64,000 bases of DNA from an uncultured Spirochaetales bacterium (GTDB lineage Bacteria > Myxococcota_A > UBA9160 > JAFDET01), in assembly GCA_964442285.1 (NCBI GenBank), contig CAYTZH010000010.1, forward strand, positions 33,516 through 97,515, given 5' to 3'. Position 1 is the first letter of the stretch. Each line of letters starts with the position of its first letter. Shown piece by piece: positions 34,859-43,744 of this stretch. Below the pieces are notes generated by a model. That model saw nothing but the letters and a program-made list of their open reading frames with translations. It was not told where the DNA came from and did no database searches. A program made the translations under genes and the position numbers.

Positions 34859-36258
34859 GCCAGGCGGCCCGTCTCGAGCTGCGACACCACGGCGCGGAAC
34901 TTCCCGTTGGGAAGCCGCGGGATGGCGTCGACCACCTCGTAGGCGATCTCGATCTCGTGACCCAGGCGGCTGCGGAACTCGGCGTCGAGCTCCTTGCGGG
35001 CCGCGTCGTCGAAGCCCGCCCGCGGGACCAGGCGCACCACGATCCGGTCCCGGCTGGACTGCACGATCTGCGCCTCCTTCACCTCGAGGGCGTCCTTGAA
35101 GACGTGGTCCATCCGCCCGATGCGGCGGCCATCGGGGGTCACCACGAAGTCCTCGATGCGCCCGTCGATCCGCTCCAGGAGCGGGCGCGCCCGACCACAG
35201 GGACAGCTCGCCCGCTTGAGCAGCGTGGCCACGTCGCCGGTGCGGTAGCGCAGCAGCGGCATGGCGCGATTGGCGAAGCCGGTGGAGATCACCTCGCCGC
35301 GCACCCAGTCCTCGGTCTCCTCGTGGGGATCGATCTCCACCACGCCGAACTCGGTGTCGACGTGGTAGTGGCCGGCCGGGCACTGCAGCACCGATACGCT
35401 GAACTCGGAGTTGCCGTAGCGGTCGGCCACGACGGCGCCGGTCGCCTGGGCGATCCGATCGCGATGGAAGTCCAGCAGCGTCTCCGACGACGGGAACACG
35501 GCGCGGGGCGCCGCGGCGCCGAGGTCGATCCCGCGGTCGAGCAGGTGCTGGGAGATCAGTCCCAGCGAGGAAGGATAGCCCTGCCAGAAGCGGTAGCCGG
35601 GTCGCTGCAGCTCCCGGGCGTAGGCGTCCAGGAACTCGGCGCGCATGTGGTAGAGCGAGAAGATCATCCGGGAGCGCGCCCGGTCGTAGCGCCAGAACGG
35701 CGGGCGGGCCTGGGTGAAGGGGACCGCCATCTGGCCGCCGAAGGCGGCGAAGCGGTCGCCGAGCTTCACGCCGTACCAGCCCCGCTGGCGCCAGATCACG
35801 CCGTACTCCCAGCCCAGCGCCTCCCGGGTGTGGAAGAGCCGCAGGGCCGTGCCGGTGGTGCCGCTCGAGTGCCCGCCGATGATCTGGCGCTCCGGGATGC
35901 CCTCGCTCTTCAGCGCCTCGGCGTTCTCCCGCACCGTCTCCTTGGGGAGGAAGGGGACCTTGGCCAGATCGTCGCTGCCGCGGATCGAGGCCGGATCGAT
36001 GCCCTCCCGCGTGAACAGGGTGCGGTAGTAGGGCACCGTGCGAGCCGCCCAGAGGATCATCTCCCGCAGCCGCCGGTCCTGGTCCTCGCGGATCTGCTCC
36101 GGGGAGTTGAAGTCGGTCCGCTCGAGCTCGTCGAGGATGCGGCGGAACGGTGCGCCGAAGCGGTGCCGGTAGCTGCGCCAGCCCCAGGCCGCCACCGCCA
36201 GCTCCTGGGCGGCGATGGGAAGCCGGTCGTACAGGCGGTGCATGCGGCTTCGCGCCAT
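34855..36258 (-). CDS. CapK / F390-synthetase / phenylacetate-CoA-ligase-like adenylate-forming enzyme (paralog 2, intact P-loop)
   Basis: ORF 34855..36258. P-loop GGHSSGTTGTAL, motif LLRYRTGDVATL, and C-terminal LPNGKFRAV. Confidence 0.75.
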   Translation of the reverse strand: MARSRMHRLYDRLPIAAQELAVAAWGWRSYRHRFGAPFRRILDELERTDFNSPEQIREDQDRRLREMILWAARTVPYYRTLFTREGIDPASIRGSDDLAKVPFLPKETVRENAEALKSEGIPERQIIGGHSSGTTGTALRLFHTREALGWEYGVIWRQRGWYGVKLGDRFAAFGGQMAVPFTQARPPFWRYDRARSRMIFSLYHMRAEFLDAYARELQRPGYRFWQGYPSSLGLISQHLLDRGIDLGAAAPRAVFPSSETLLDFHRDRIAQATGAVVADRYGNSEFSVSVLQCPAGHYHVDTEFGVVEIDPHEETEDWVRGEVISTGFANRAMPLLRYRTGDVATLLKRASCPCGRARPLLERIDGRIEDFVVTPDGRRIGRMDHVFKDALEVKEAQIVQSSRDRIVVRLVPRAGFDDAARKELDAEFRSRLGHEIEIAYEVVDAIPRLPNGKFRAVVSQLETGRLA

Positions 36259-36262
36259 GGCA

Positions 36263-38410
36263 TCAGACCGCGGAGGGCGCTCCGCTGGCGAGCGAGGCCA
36301 GGGCGGCCAGGCAGGCCCGGGTGGTGGCGGCCGACTGCTCGAAGGGGATCGGCATCGGGCCGCCCTCGCGCACGGCCGCGAGGAAGCGCCGCATCTCCTC
36401 GGCGAAGCCCTTGTCCTGGTTGGCCGAGCGGTCCTTCTGGATGCGACCCCCGCGGACCCGCTCGAGGGTGCGGAAGTCGTCGAGCACCGCCAGCCGCCCT
36501 TCGCCGAAGACCTCGAGCCGCTCCTTCGGGTAGCGGCTGTCGCCGAGCGCCGTGTAGACCACGCTGCCCAGCGAGCCGTCGGCGAAGCGCAGGCTGATCG
36601 CGACGTTGTCGTCGCCGCGATAGCGGTCGTCGCCCGCGATGCTCTCGGCGTGCACGCGGACCGGCGGCGCGCCCGCCAGGAACTGCAGCAGGTCGACGAA
36701 GTGGCAGACCTCGCCGCGGATGCGGCCCCCGCCCTCGGCGGGGTCGTGGATCCAGTGGTCGCCGGGGATGAAGCCCGCGTTGATGCGGTACTGCATCACC
36801 AGGGGATGGGTGCGGTCGGCGAAGTGCTCCGCGAGCTTCGCCACCAGGGGCGCGAAGCGGCGGTTGAAGCCCACCATCACGTCGCCGCGCGCGCCGGCGC
36901 GGGCGGCTTCGATGGCCGCCAGCTCCTCCTCGCACAGGCAGAGGGGCTTCTCGGTGAAGACGTGCTTGCCCGCTTCGAGGCCGCGCCGGACCAGGGGCGC
37001 GTGGAGGTCGTGGCGGGTGAGCACGAACACCGCGTCCACGTCCGGATGCGCCACCACCTCCTCGGTCTCGGCGGTGGCGAGCCGGAAGCCGTGCTGCTCG
37101 CCGATGCGGCGGGCGGTCATGCCGCCGGCGGAGGCGATGGCGACGTTCTCCGTCCCGCCCGCCTCCTGGAGGGCGGGCAGCAGCACCGACTGCCCGAAGC
37201 TCCCGGCGCCCACCAGGCCCACCCGCACGCGGTCCCGCCCCAGGGGCTCGGCGGACAGCGCCACCGACGACGCCGGCGGCCTGGGGGCCTCGTCGTCGGC
37301 GTCGTACTCGAGCACGACCCCCAGGTACGGCTCGCGGCCCCCGGAGATCAGGCCGTAGGCGTCGAGGGCCGCGTCGATCCCGAAGCGGTGCGTGACCAGC
37401 CGCCGCGTGTCCAGACGGCCGTCCGCCGCCAGGTCCAGGAAGGCCTCGAGGTTGCGCTGCTCGGTCCAGCGCACGTGGCCCAGGGGGTAGTCGACGCCGC
37501 GCTCCTCGTAGTCCGGGTCGTAGCGTCCGGGGCCGTAGGACATGGACATCCGCAGGTCGAGCTCCTTGCGGTAGTAGGTCGAGCGGGGGACCTGCATCCC
37601 CACCAGGCCGACCACCACCACCCGGCCGCGCAGGCGGGAGATCTCGCCGGCGACCTCCAGCGGCCCGGCGTCCGGCGTCGACGCGGCCACGATCACCGCG
37701 TCCATGCCCTGGCCCAGGGAGAACTGCGCGGCGGCGGTCTCGAGGTCGTCGGAGACGGCGCGGTGGGCCCCGAGCTCCTCGGCCAGCTTGGCCCGCTCGC
37801 CGTTCGGATCGAAGCCCAGCACCCGGCAGCCGCCCGCCCGCAGCAGCTGCACCGTGAGCTGTCCGATGAGCCCCAGGCCGATCACCGCCACCCGCTCGCC
37901 CAGGGTGGGCTCGGCCTGCCGGACTCCTTGGAGCGCGATGGCGCCCACGGTGGCGAACGCGGCGCTCTCCATGTCCACGCCGTCGGGAATCCGCACGACC
38001 AGGTTGCGCGGGACGTAGTTGTAGTCGGCGTGGTTGGCGTAGCCGGCGCCGGCACAGGCGACGCGGTCGCCCACCTGCAGCTCGGAGACCTCCTCGCCCA
38101 CGCCGACCACGATCCCGGCGCTCGAGTAGCCCAGGGGGATCGGCGTCTCGAGCTTGGTGCGCACCTTCTGGAGCGTGTTCATCACGCCCTGCTTGCGGGC
38201 CGTGGTGATCACCTTGCGCACCAGGTCCGGGCGGGCCCGGGCCTTGGCCACCAGGCTCTTGCGGGCCAGGTCCACCACCATCTTCTCGGTGCCGGCCGAC
38301 ACCAGGGAACGCACCGTGCGCACGAGCACGCCCTGGGGCCGCAGCGCGGGCGGCGGGACGTCCTCCACCTTCATCTCGCCGGTCCGGTACGACTGGATCA
38401 GCTGGCGCAT
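36263..38410 (-). CDS. Bi-domain oxidoreductase: N-terminal zinc-type alcohol dehydrogenase (MDR) fused to a C-terminal Gfo/Idh/MocA domain
   Basis: Internal ATG at 38410 of ORF 36263..38866. The MDR part has GYSSAGIVVGVGEEVSELQVGDRVA and VAVIGLGLIGQL. The Gfo/Idh/MocA part has VRVGLVGAGSFGQSVLLPAL and GKHVFTEKPLC. Confidence 0.8.
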   Translation of the reverse strand: MRQLIQSYRTGEMKVEDVPPPALRPQGVLVRTVRSLVSAGTEKMVVDLARKSLVAKARARPDLVRKVITTARKQGVMNTLQKVRTKLETPIPLGYSSAGIVVGVGEEVSELQVGDRVACAGAGYANHADYNYVPRNLVVRIPDGVDMESAAFATVGAIALQGVRQAEPTLGERVAVIGLGLIGQLTVQLLRAGGCRVLGFDPNGERAKLAEELGAHRAVSDDLETAAAQFSLGQGMDAVIVAASTPDAGPLEVAGEISRLRGRVVVVGLVGMQVPRSTYYRKELDLRMSMSYGPGRYDPDYEERGVDYPLGHVRWTEQRNLEAFLDLAADGRLDTRRLVTHRFGIDAALDAYGLISGGREPYLGVVLEYDADDEAPRPPASSVALSAEPLGRDRVRVGLVGAGSFGQSVLLPALQEAGGTENVAIASAGGMTARRIGEQHGFRLATAETEEVVAHPDVDAVFVLTRHDLHAPLVRRGLEAGKHVFTEKPLCLCEEELAAIEAARAGARGDVMVGFNRRFAPLVAKLAEHFADRTHPLVMQYRINAGFIPGDHWIHDPAEGGGRIRGEVCHFVDLLQFLAGAPPVRVHAESIAGDDRYRGDDNVAISLRFADGSLGSVVYTALGDSRYPKERLEVFGEGRLAVLDDFRTLERVRGGRIQKDRSANQDKGFAEEMRRFLAAVREGGPMPIPFEQSAATTRACLAALASLASGAPSAV

Positions 38411-39888
38411 GCCCGGGCTTCCGGCTCCCGCTCGATGTGACCCTTCCAGCCGGGGTGGGCCTCGAAGTGGAGGTTCAGGTCGATGTCGGAGAAGCGCATC
38501 CGGCGCTCTCCCGCCTCGTCGATCCAACACACCTCGAGGCTCTCGGGCTCGCCCCGGAAGGCGGTGATCCGCAGGCCGCCGGCGAGCTCCTCCAGGGCCC
38601 GGCGCAGCAGCGGGATCCGCCGCCACTCGAAGCCCATGATCCAGGTGAGCACCACGTCGACGCAGCCCCCGTCCTCGCCCGCGGCCAGCAGGCCCAGGGG
38701 GCGCGGGTCCGGCCCCATGGGCCCCTGGCCCTCGCCGGCCACGATGCCGTCGTAGACGTTGAGCACGCGGCGGGTGGACGCCTGCCCGAGGCGGCCCTCC
38801 TTGTCGGCGTGATAGAAGACCTTGTTGAGATCCAGGCAGGTGCGCCAGATGGTGTCGTTGCCCCACCAGTTGCCGGAGCGGGTCCGCTGGCCCAGGCCGC
38901 TGGCCTCCTCGGCGGCCCGGATCCGGCGGAACACCGCGCCCCCGATGCCGCGCTTGAGCAGCCGGCGGGCGAACTCGCCGCCGAAGGCGCGGAGCCGGGC
39001 GTAGGCGTCCGGCCGGGGGAACTCGTCGCCGCCCCCGGACTGGAAGCCTGCCCGGTAGTGGGGCAGCCAGTTCTTGTCGCCATTGATGCCGATGAGGTTC
39101 TTCATCGACAGGGTCACGCCAGCCTTCTTGTGGGTCTTGATCTTGGGCACGTTGATGGCCAGGTCGGCCGACAGCACCGTGCGCGCCACCAGGTACTCGT
39201 TCACGCCCCGGCTGTGGTGCTGGATCGTGACCTCCTCGTCGTAGTCGGCGCCCCGCAGCAGCCGCAGGTGCCGCTCGGACATGCTCTGGAACTCACTGGC
39301 AGTCCCGAGGTCGGCGGCCACGTAGCCCTTGGGATCGCCCGGCAGCTTGCGCTTCTCCGTCTGCACGCCGTGGGTGTGGCGGCCGAACTCGACCCGCAGG
39401 TCCCGGAAGGGCACCTCGAGGCCGATCTCCGTGTACCAGCCCAGGAACTCCGCGAGGCGGAGCTTCTCGAGCAGCACCTCGATCTCGCAGTCGTACTGGG
39501 GCGCGTCGGCGACCACCACCGAGCCGCCGGGGCCGACGGCCTTCCAGGCGTAGTCGATCAGCGGCCGCAGCACGGCGGGATGCGTGACCACCGCCTCGAC
39601 GGAATCGCCGTGGGTCTCGTTGAAGTGGCGCACGAAGTTCGGCTTCAGCACCACGCTCCCACCGGGCGTCACCAGGTCCGAGAGGGGCGACCAGTCGGGC
39701 GTGCCGAAGCGCGCGGCGTCGTAGCCCAGGCCCCGGAGCATCCGGCGGACCCCCGCGTAGATGCGGTTGCGGGGCTCGGTGTCCCCGGGCAGGAAGCCCA
39801 GCTCCGGATAGCGCTCCGGCGGGTGGTAGGGCAGGGGAAGGTCGTAGTCCTTCTGGCCCGTGAAGTGGATGACCGGCAGCGGCAGCAT
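38398..39888 (-). CDS. DUF362 domain protein
   Basis: ORF 38398..39888, with a perfect SD AAGGAGG before the ATG. Motifs SVVLKPNFV, INVPKIKTHKKAGVTLSMKNLIG and YDGIVAGEGQGP are typical of DUF362. Confidence 0.7.
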   Translation of the reverse strand: MLPLPVIHFTGQKDYDLPLPYHPPERYPELGFLPGDTEPRNRIYAGVRRMLRGLGYDAARFGTPDWSPLSDLVTPGGSVVLKPNFVRHFNETHGDSVEAVVTHPAVLRPLIDYAWKAVGPGGSVVVADAPQYDCEIEVLLEKLRLAEFLGWYTEIGLEVPFRDLRVEFGRHTHGVQTEKRKLPGDPKGYVAADLGTASEFQSMSERHLRLLRGADYDEEVTIQHHSRGVNEYLVARTVLSADLAINVPKIKTHKKAGVTLSMKNLIGINGDKNWLPHYRAGFQSGGGDEFPRPDAYARLRAFGGEFARRLLKRGIGGAVFRRIRAAEEASGLGQRTRSGNWWGNDTIWRTCLDLNKVFYHADKEGRLGQASTRRVLNVYDGIVAGEGQGPMGPDPRPLGLLAAGEDGGCVDVVLTWIMGFEWRRIPLLRRALEELAGGLRITAFRGEPESLEVCWIDEAGERRMRFSDIDLNLHFEAHPGWKGHIEREPEARACAS

Positions 39889-39902
39889 GTTCCTCCTTCT
39901 CG

Positions 39903-40565
39903 CTATTCCGGCACGAACGCGGACAGCCGCGCCACGACCCGCGGCGCGAACTCCTCGAAGGCGCGGTCCGCGGCCGCCTCGCCCCCGCTTCCCAGCGGGA
40001 TCGTGAACCGCACGAGGGCGCCGTCGGTCCTCCCCCGGGTCGCGCGATCCCAGAACAGGTCCACGATCTTGCGCCAGTCCTCGGCGATCACGCGGCCGCG
40101 GGAATGGTACCAGTAGTAGACCGCCTGCCGCGCGGGCCCCTTGGCGATCACGAAGCGCTTGATCCGCGCCGGTCGCTCGGGCATCCCCGGCATGTCGACC
40201 TCGAGCTGGCGGGCCCCCACGATGTCCCAGCCCGAGCCCGGCAGGCAGTGCTTCGGCGGATGGATGGCGTTCTCGCCGGCCCCGCCGCCCTCCCGGCGGA
40301 CCTGGGTGGCGTGGTAGCCGACGTAGAGATTCACCAGGGCGCGCGGCTCGTTGCGCACGAAGTTGCAGAGCAGGTAGTCGGTCACGCCGAGGTTGCGGAC
40401 CACCGGCGCCTCCAGCGCCTCGCGGCCCGCGCAGCGCCAGGCCCCCAGGGCGTCCGGGAAGGCCTCGAAGCGCTGGCGCTCCGGCACCACCTCCCCGGTG
40501 GCGAGGCCGTGGTAGACGTAGAGGTTCAGGCCCAGGAAGGCCGCGGCCACCAGGTAGCGGGTCAC
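39903..40565 (-). CDS. epsI: EpsI-family exosortase-associated protein
   Basis: ORF 39903..40610. I prefer the GTG at 40565, which overlaps the xrtA stop (GTGA) and gives MTRYLVAAAFLGLNLYVY; the ATG at 40610 is the alternative. The signature AIHPPKHCLPGSGW matches EpsI (H-x-P-x-x-C-L-P-G-x-G-W). Confidence 0.85.
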   Translation of the reverse strand: MTRYLVAAAFLGLNLYVYHGLATGEVVPERQRFEAFPDALGAWRCAGREALEAPVVRNLGVTDYLLCNFVRNEPRALVNLYVGYHATQVRREGGGAGENAIHPPKHCLPGSGWDIVGARQLEVDMPGMPERPARIKRFVIAKGPARQAVYYWYHSRGRVIAEDWRKIVDLFWDRATRGRTDGALVRFTIPLGSGGEAAADRAFEEFAPRVVARLSAFVPE

Positions 40566-41473
40566 GGCCGGGCCTCCGCGGGGCGCCCCGGGCCGCCCGG
40601 GCGTGGCCACAGGCGCGCCAGCAGTGCGGCCTCGGCCAGGAGCAGGGCGAAGGCCAGCCCGAAGGTGAACAGCCCCTCGGTCTCGTGGATGGCGCCCTCC
40701 GCCATCTCCTGGCCGAAGCGGTGGGTCAGGATCCCCGTCAGCGCCACCCGCAGGGCATTGACCAGGATCGCGATCGGGAGCGTGGAGAGCACGATGACGC
40801 CGCGCTCCAGCCAGGACTTCCGGAAGAAGTAGGCGAACACGACGCCCAGGGTGAGCAGCGCCATGAGCGAGCGGAGACCGCTGCAGGCGTCCTGGACGAA
40901 GAGCGTGACCTCGGCGAGGTGGATGATGTTGCCCTCGCGCAGGGCGGGGATGCCCAGCTCGTGGAGCAGCCGCACCGCCATGTCGGCGGCGAACAGCTGC
41001 AGCGGGAACGAGACGACGTTCACCAGGGACTGGGGCAGCGGGATCATCAGGAACAGGAAGAGCAGCGGGAAGGCCAGGACCCGGTAGGCGTCCCGGCCGA
41101 GGAGCAGCAGCACCAGGCCGTTGCAGGTGAGCACGAACCCCGTCCGCATGCTCATCTGCTCGACGCCCAGCCGGCCGACGGCCAGGGCCAGGACCCCCGC
41201 GGCCAGCACCGGCACGCCCCAGACGCTGGCCCGGAACGCGGTCCGCGCCAGGTCGTGGCGCCGCTCCCAGGCGAAGTAGAGCGCCAGGGGCGCCACCACG
41301 AAGCCGTGGGAGTAGCTGTCGTCGGTGGACCAGTGGCGCGCCATGTGACGGAGCACGGGTGCGTACACCGCCGTGGCCCCGACGAGGGCGACGGCGGTGG
41401 CGGCGAGCGCCGTTCGCGGAGACGCGCCCGGGCGGGCCGGGGGCCCGCCCGGGCTGTACGACTCCGTCGTCAA
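40562..41473 (-). CDS. xrtA: Exosortase (XrtA/EpsH type)
   Basis: ORF 40562..41473, TTG start. Motifs DDSYSHGF, LMIPLP, QDACSGLRS (catalytic Cys), VNALRVA (Arg) and AIHETEG (His). It is followed directly by epsI, and prsT lies in the same locus. Confidence 0.85.
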   Translation of the reverse strand: MTTESYSPGGPPARPGASPRTALAATAVALVGATAVYAPVLRHMARHWSTDDSYSHGFVVAPLALYFAWERRHDLARTAFRASVWGVPVLAAGVLALAVGRLGVEQMSMRTGFVLTCNGLVLLLLGRDAYRVLAFPLLFLFLMIPLPQSLVNVVSFPLQLFAADMAVRLLHELGIPALREGNIIHLAEVTLFVQDACSGLRSLMALLTLGVVFAYFFRKSWLERGVIVLSTLPIAILVNALRVALTGILTHRFGQEMAEGAIHETEGLFTFGLAFALLLAEAALLARLWPRPGGPGRPAEARP

Positions 41474-41492
41474 TGCCCCGGGTCCCGCCCCG

Positions 41493-41668
41493 CTAGAAGA
41501 GGGCGTAGATGAACGGCGCGACTGCAGAGCCCTCGGTCAGGACGATGAGCACCGAGAGCAGCAGCATCACCACCACGATCGGGCCGAGCCACCACTTCTT
41601 GCGGACCTTCATGAAGGTCCAGAGCTCGCCGAAGATCCCCAGCCGGCTTCCACCCGCCTTCGCCATGT
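41493..41668 (-). CDS. SxtK/DUF5989-like small membrane protein; N-terminus out of frame (G6 run) or expressed as a 39-aa form by ATGA-coupled reinitiation
   Basis: Below the ORF-track size cutoff. The frame ending at TAG 41495..41493 reads (G)IFGELWTFMKVRKKWWLGPIVVVMLLLSVLIVLTEGSAVAPFIYALF. The only in-frame ATG is at 41612 (39 aa). A well-placed ATG at 41668 (RBS GGAGAG) is in another frame and stops after 19 codons at TGA 41611..41609. A C6 run (G6 on the coding strand) lies at 41637..41642. Confidence 0.55.
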
Positions 41669-41676
41669 CTCTCTCC

Positions 41677-43416
41677 TCAGTCGAGCTCGTAGAGCTCTCG
41701 CCAGTCCACGTCTTCGCGCAGCTCCGGCTGGTCGCGCTTCCGCAGCACCTGGTTGCCCAGCACCAGCACGTCCATCTCGGTGCGCATGAAGCAGAGATAG
41801 GCGTCCCGGGGCGTGCACACGATCGGCTCGCCGCGGACGTTGAACGAGGTGTTGATCAGCACCGGGCAGCCCGTGCGCTGGTCGAAGGCCTGGAGCAGGT
41901 CGTAGAACTCGGCGTGGCTCTCCCGGGTGACCGTCTGCAGGCGGGCCGAGCCGTCCACGTGGGTCACGGCCGGCACCTCGCGGCCCTCGCGCACCTGGCA
42001 GACCAGCAGCATGTAGGGGCTCTCGCGGTCGATGTCGAACCACTCCCCCGCCTTCTCCGCCAGACAGGCGGGCGCGAAGGGCCGGAAGCTCTCGCGGTAC
42101 TTGATCTTGAGGTTGACCCGCTTCCAGTTCTCCTCGTCCCGGGCGTCGGCCAGGATGCTGCGGCTGCCCAGGGAGCGCGGACCCCACTCCATGCGTCCCT
42201 GGAACCAGCCCACGACGGCCCGCTCCTCGTCGATGAGGCGGGCCGTCTCCCGGATCATCTCGTCCCGGGGCAGCGTCTGGTAGACCGCCCCCGCGCCGTC
42301 GAGGAAGCTGCGGATGGCGTCGTCGTCGAAGGCGGGGCCCCAGTAGGCGTGATCCATGCGGCAGCGGCGCGGGTTACCCAGCACGCAGTTGTCGATGAAC
42401 AGGGCCACGCCGAGGGCGCTGCCCGCGTCGCCCGCGGCCGGCTGGATCCAGAGCTCCTCGAAGGGCCCCTCGCGGATGATCCGGCCGTTGGCGACGCAGT
42501 TGAGGGCCACGCCGCCCGCCATGCAGAGGTTCTTCATGCCGGTGCGGGCGTGGAGGTCCCGCACCATGCGCAGCACCACCTCCTCGGTGACCGCCTGCAC
42601 GCTGGCCGCCATGTCCCAGTGGAACTGCTCCATGGGCGACTCGGGCTCGCGCCGGGGCTGCCCGAAGAGCTCGGCGAAGCGCTTGTTGGTCATGGTCAGG
42701 CCGTAGTCGTAGGCGAAGTACTTCATGTCGAGCTTGAAGGAGCCGTCCTCGCGGATGTCGATCAGCTCCTTCTTGATCAGGTCGGCGTACTTCGGCGTGC
42801 CGTAGGGCGCGGCGCCCATGACCTTGTACTCGGCGCTGTTGACCTTGAAGCCCAGGTAGTAGGTGAAGGCGCTGTAGAGCAGACCCAGGCTGTGGGGGAA
42901 GCGGATCTCGTGCAGCAGCTCGAGCTGGTTGCCGCGACCGACGCCGAAGGTCGCCGTCGCCCACTCGCCCACGCCGTCGAGGGTGAGCACGGCCGCCTCC
43001 TCGAAGGGGGAGGGGAGGAAGGCCGCGGCGGCGTGACTCTGGTGGTGCTCCGCGAAGAGCACCTCGCCCGTGTAGCCGAGCTTGCTGGCGATCTGGTTCG
43101 GGACCCAGAGCTTCTCCTTCAGCCAGATCGGGATGGCCTTGGTGAACGACGGCAGGGAGCGCGGGAAGGTGGCGATGTACGTGGTGAGCATGCGCTCGAA
43201 CTTCACGAACGGCTTGTCGTAGAAGGCCACGTAGTCGACGTCGTCGATGTCGAGGCCGGCCTCCGCCAGGCAGTAGCGGGTGGCCTCCACCGGCAGCTCC
43301 GGGTCGTGGCGCCTGCGGGTGAAGCGCTCCTCGTGGGCCGCGGCGACCAGCTCGCCGTCGCGCAGCAGGGCGGCGGCGGCGTCGTGGTAGAAGCAGGAGA
43401 TGCCGAGGATGTTCAC
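41677..43416 (-). CDS. Carbamoyltransferase (NodU/CmcH/SxtI-like), paralog 3
   Basis: ORF 41677..43416, GTG start with RBS GGAGA. Sequence MNILGISCFYHDAAAALLRDGELVAAAHEERFTRRRHD, then HHQSHAAAAFLPSPF and TLDGVGEW, plus INTSFNVRGEPIVCTPRDA. Confidence 0.9.
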   Translation of the reverse strand: MNILGISCFYHDAAAALLRDGELVAAAHEERFTRRRHDPELPVEATRYCLAEAGLDIDDVDYVAFYDKPFVKFERMLTTYIATFPRSLPSFTKAIPIWLKEKLWVPNQIASKLGYTGEVLFAEHHQSHAAAAFLPSPFEEAAVLTLDGVGEWATATFGVGRGNQLELLHEIRFPHSLGLLYSAFTYYLGFKVNSAEYKVMGAAPYGTPKYADLIKKELIDIREDGSFKLDMKYFAYDYGLTMTNKRFAELFGQPRREPESPMEQFHWDMAASVQAVTEEVVLRMVRDLHARTGMKNLCMAGGVALNCVANGRIIREGPFEELWIQPAAGDAGSALGVALFIDNCVLGNPRRCRMDHAYWGPAFDDDAIRSFLDGAGAVYQTLPRDEMIRETARLIDEERAVVGWFQGRMEWGPRSLGSRSILADARDEENWKRVNLKIKYRESFRPFAPACLAEKAGEWFDIDRESPYMLLVCQVREGREVPAVTHVDGSARLQTVTRESHAEFYDLLQAFDQRTGCPVLINTSFNVRGEPIVCTPRDAYLCFMRTEMDVLVLGNQVLRKRDQPELREDVDWRELYELD

Positions 43417-43465
43417 GTGGGGGTCTCCGTTCGCGGCGCCGGACGTCCGGACGCGCGGGCCGTTC

Positions 43466-43744
43466 TCAGGACTGCGTCTTCGCGCGCTCCAGCTCGGCGG
43501 GCGCCGCCTCCGCCTCGTTCCAGGCCGTATCCGGCTCGCGCAGGCCGCGCTTGGCGAGCAGGTCCTGCCGGCCGATGTTGACGATCGTGGCCGCGATCCC
43601 GATCGCGGAGGCGTAGAAGAGCGACAGGATCACCTGGGTCTGCACCTCGCCGAAGTGGGCGACGATGCGCATCCAGCCGTGTCCGAAGGGCCGCAGCGGT
43701 GCGAGCACACGCCGCCAGCCGACTGTCTCCACGGCCGCGCTCAT
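43466..43744 (-). CDS. 92-aa membrane protein, SxtJ-like (C-terminal-half resemblance)
   Basis: C-terminal part of shadow ORF 43466..44980. The ATG at 43744 overlaps the wecB stop (ATGA). The sequence MSAAVETVGWRRVLAPLRPFGHGWMRIVAHFGEVQTQVILSLFYASAIGIAATIVNIGRQDLLAKRG resembles the conserved W..lg..n..iiL.l.y..v..P......r..g.D.L region I recall for SxtJ-family proteins. Confidence 0.5.
   Translation of the reverse strand: MSAAVETVGWRRVLAPLRPFGHGWMRIVAHFGEVQTQVILSLFYASAIGIAATIVNIGRQDLLAKRGLREPDTAWNEAEAAPAELERAKTQS

Noticed and set aside
43439-43450. 12-bp perfect palindrome CCGGACGTCCGG between the SxtJ-like gene and carbamoyltransferase 3
   Set aside because: By a rough estimate, on the order of 10 or more such GC-rich 12-bp palindromes are expected by chance in 64 kb. 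With no loop it cannot form a hairpin. Nothing else supports a function.
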